Part shown: positions 63,125-64,000 of the stretch, piece after piece
Layout of the letters: the number at the start of each line of letters is the position of its first letter
How positions within the stretch are numbered: the first letter of the stretch is position 1
Assembly: GCA_036375975.1 (NCBI GenBank)
Contig: DASVBF010000141.1
Span: 1,703 to 65,702 of the forward strand
From: Nocardioidaceae bacterium
GTDB lineage: Bacteria > Actinomycetota > Actinomycetes > Propionibacteriales > Nocardioidaceae
Reading direction: 5' to 3'
DNA length: 64,000 bases
Notes under the pieces: generated by a model
Databases searched by the model: none
What the model saw: only the letters and a program-made list of their open reading frames with translations
Told to the model about the DNA's origin: nothing
Program-made: the position numbers and the translations under genes

Positions 63125-64000
63125 CCCCGCTCGCGATCGCTGGTGTGAATCTTCGGCGGACGCTACGAGACCGGACGAACGCCTTCTTCGTCGTGCTGTT
63201 CCCCCTGCTCATGGTTGCTGTCCTGGGCCTCGCCTTCGGCGGTGACTACACGCCGCGCGTCGCCGTCGTGGTGGGGCAGTCCGGACCGCTCTCGGGTGCC
63301 CTTGTCGACGAGCTGGAGTCCACGGGCGGCATCGACGTGGAGCGGCTCGACGACCGCGCCCAGGCGGTGGGCGAGGTGGAGAACGGGCGCCTGTCCGCGG
63401 CCGTCGTGGTGCCCGCCGACTACGACCGAGTCCTTGCACGCGGGGGCGAGGTGGACGTCGAGTACGTCTCCCAGGGGGACAGGTCCGCTCAGCAGATCGG
63501 CATGGTCGTGGCCGGAGCCGTCGAGACGGAGTCCTCCCGGATCCGCGTCGCCCGTGTCCTCCAGGACCGCCTCGGCGGCCCTCTGCCGGCCAACCTCGCG
63601 CGTGCGGACCAGGCCTCCGTGTCGCTGGCCGAGGTGAGTGTCGTGACCCGCACCGCCGGGACGGCGTTGTTCCCCGAGGACCTCGGACGCTTCGACGTCG
63701 GCGCGAGCAGCATGCTCCTGCTGTTCGTCTTCGTCACGTCCATGACGGCGGCGACGGCGCTGATCGAGTCCCGACGCCTCGGGGTCTCGCGCCGCATGCT
63801 GTCCACACCCACGCGGGTCTCGAGCATCGTCGCGGGGGAGGCCCTGGGGAGAGTCGCGGTCGCTGTGGTGCAGGGCATCGTGATCATGGCCGGCTCGGCG
63901 CTGCTCTTTCGCGTGTCCTGGGGCAACGCCTTCGGCGCAGTGGCGCTGATGGTCCTCTTCGCGGCCGTTGCCGGAGCCGCGGGGCTCCTGCTGGGAGCTC
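63121..64000 (+). CDS. Second ABC-2 type transporter permease (3' end outside window)
   Basis: The ATG overlaps the upstream stop (ATGA). I translated the frame by hand and it is open to the window end. It has the same topology as the preceding permease. It is absent from the ORF track because no stop is reached. Confidence 0.6.
   Translation, partial: MTPLAIAGVNLRRTLRDRTNAFFVVLFPLLMVAVLGLAFGGDYTPRVAVVVGQSGPLSGALVDELESTGGIDVERLDDRAQAVGEVENGRLSAAVVVPADYDRVLARGGEVDVEYVSQGDRSAQQIGMVVAGAVETESSRIRVARVLQDRLGGPLPANLARADQASVSLAEVSVVTRTAGTALFPEDLGRFDVGASSMLLLFVFVTSMTAATALIESRRLGVSRRMLSTPTRVSSIVAGEALGRVAVAVVQGIVIMAGSALLFRVSWGNAFGAVALMVLFAAVAGAAGLLLGA

Noticed and set aside
1-64000. Mobile elements, prophage, defence systems or a secondary-metabolite cluster.
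   Set aside because: I saw no transposase, integrase, recombinase, terminal inverted repeats around a cargo region, restriction/abortive-infection-type genes, PKS/NRPS or tailoring-enzyme sets. The holin-family gene is a lone conserved membrane protein, not part of a phage lysis cassette.

Overview
High-GC (about 70% or more) actinobacterial chromosomal segment. The gene order partly mirrors the Mycobacterium tuberculosis Rv0971c-Rv0983 neighbourhood, but the taxon cannot be proven from sequence alone. I call 48 protein-coding genes. I found no rRNA, tRNA, CRISPR array, transposase or integrase.

Layout:
- 0-10.4 kb: TetR, a DinB-like gene, an AtuA-like gene, two acyl-CoA dehydrogenases, a biotin-dependent acyl-CoA carboxylase (beta and alpha subunits) and an enoyl-CoA hydratase. 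This looks like a terpenoid/leucine-type catabolic cluster.
- 10.4-13.2 kb: a REC-PAS-histidine kinase plus a REC-RsbW-like kinase.
- 13.5-15.7 kb: HelD.
- 15.7-17.3 kb: an M28 peptidase plus a coupled unknown gene.
- 17.4-21.2 kb: three coupled chorismate/glutamine-amidotransferase genes.
- 21.3-24.9 kb: an MprA/MprB/HtrA-like envelope-stress locus.
- 25-27.1 kb: a HisKA_3 kinase and LuxR regulator pair.
- 27.2-30.7 kb: a 1,180-aa secreted Ig-like repeat protein.
- 30.9-37.3 kb: housekeeping genes (fructosamine kinase, LMW-PTP, 4-TM holin-family protein, GntR, amidinotransferase, EamA, aminotransferase).
- 37.7-43.6 kb: a 1,970-aa LPXTG wall-anchored protein with seven tandem modules.
- 43.7-64 kb: SRPBCC, SulP, EamA, a Bkd/Pdh-type 2-oxoacid dehydrogenase E1a/E1b/E2, an SDR plus a secreted unknown plus GntR, a fused carboxyltransferase, an operon of orphan kinase-GNAT-PaaI-epimerase, PaaN, and an ABC-2 exporter.

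I did not find a clear new multi-gene system such as a defence, toxin or biosynthetic island. The most interesting items are:
- the two giant repeat-built surface proteins;
- the phosphorelay into an RsbW-like kinase;
- the redundant chorismate-utilising trio;
- two unexplained convergent intergenic gaps (34.5-35.2 kb and 54.2-54.5 kb);
- a duplicated 29-nt translation-initiation region;
- an AT-rich palindrome splitting the carboxylase operon.

All functional calls come from reading motifs by eye. No database search was run.
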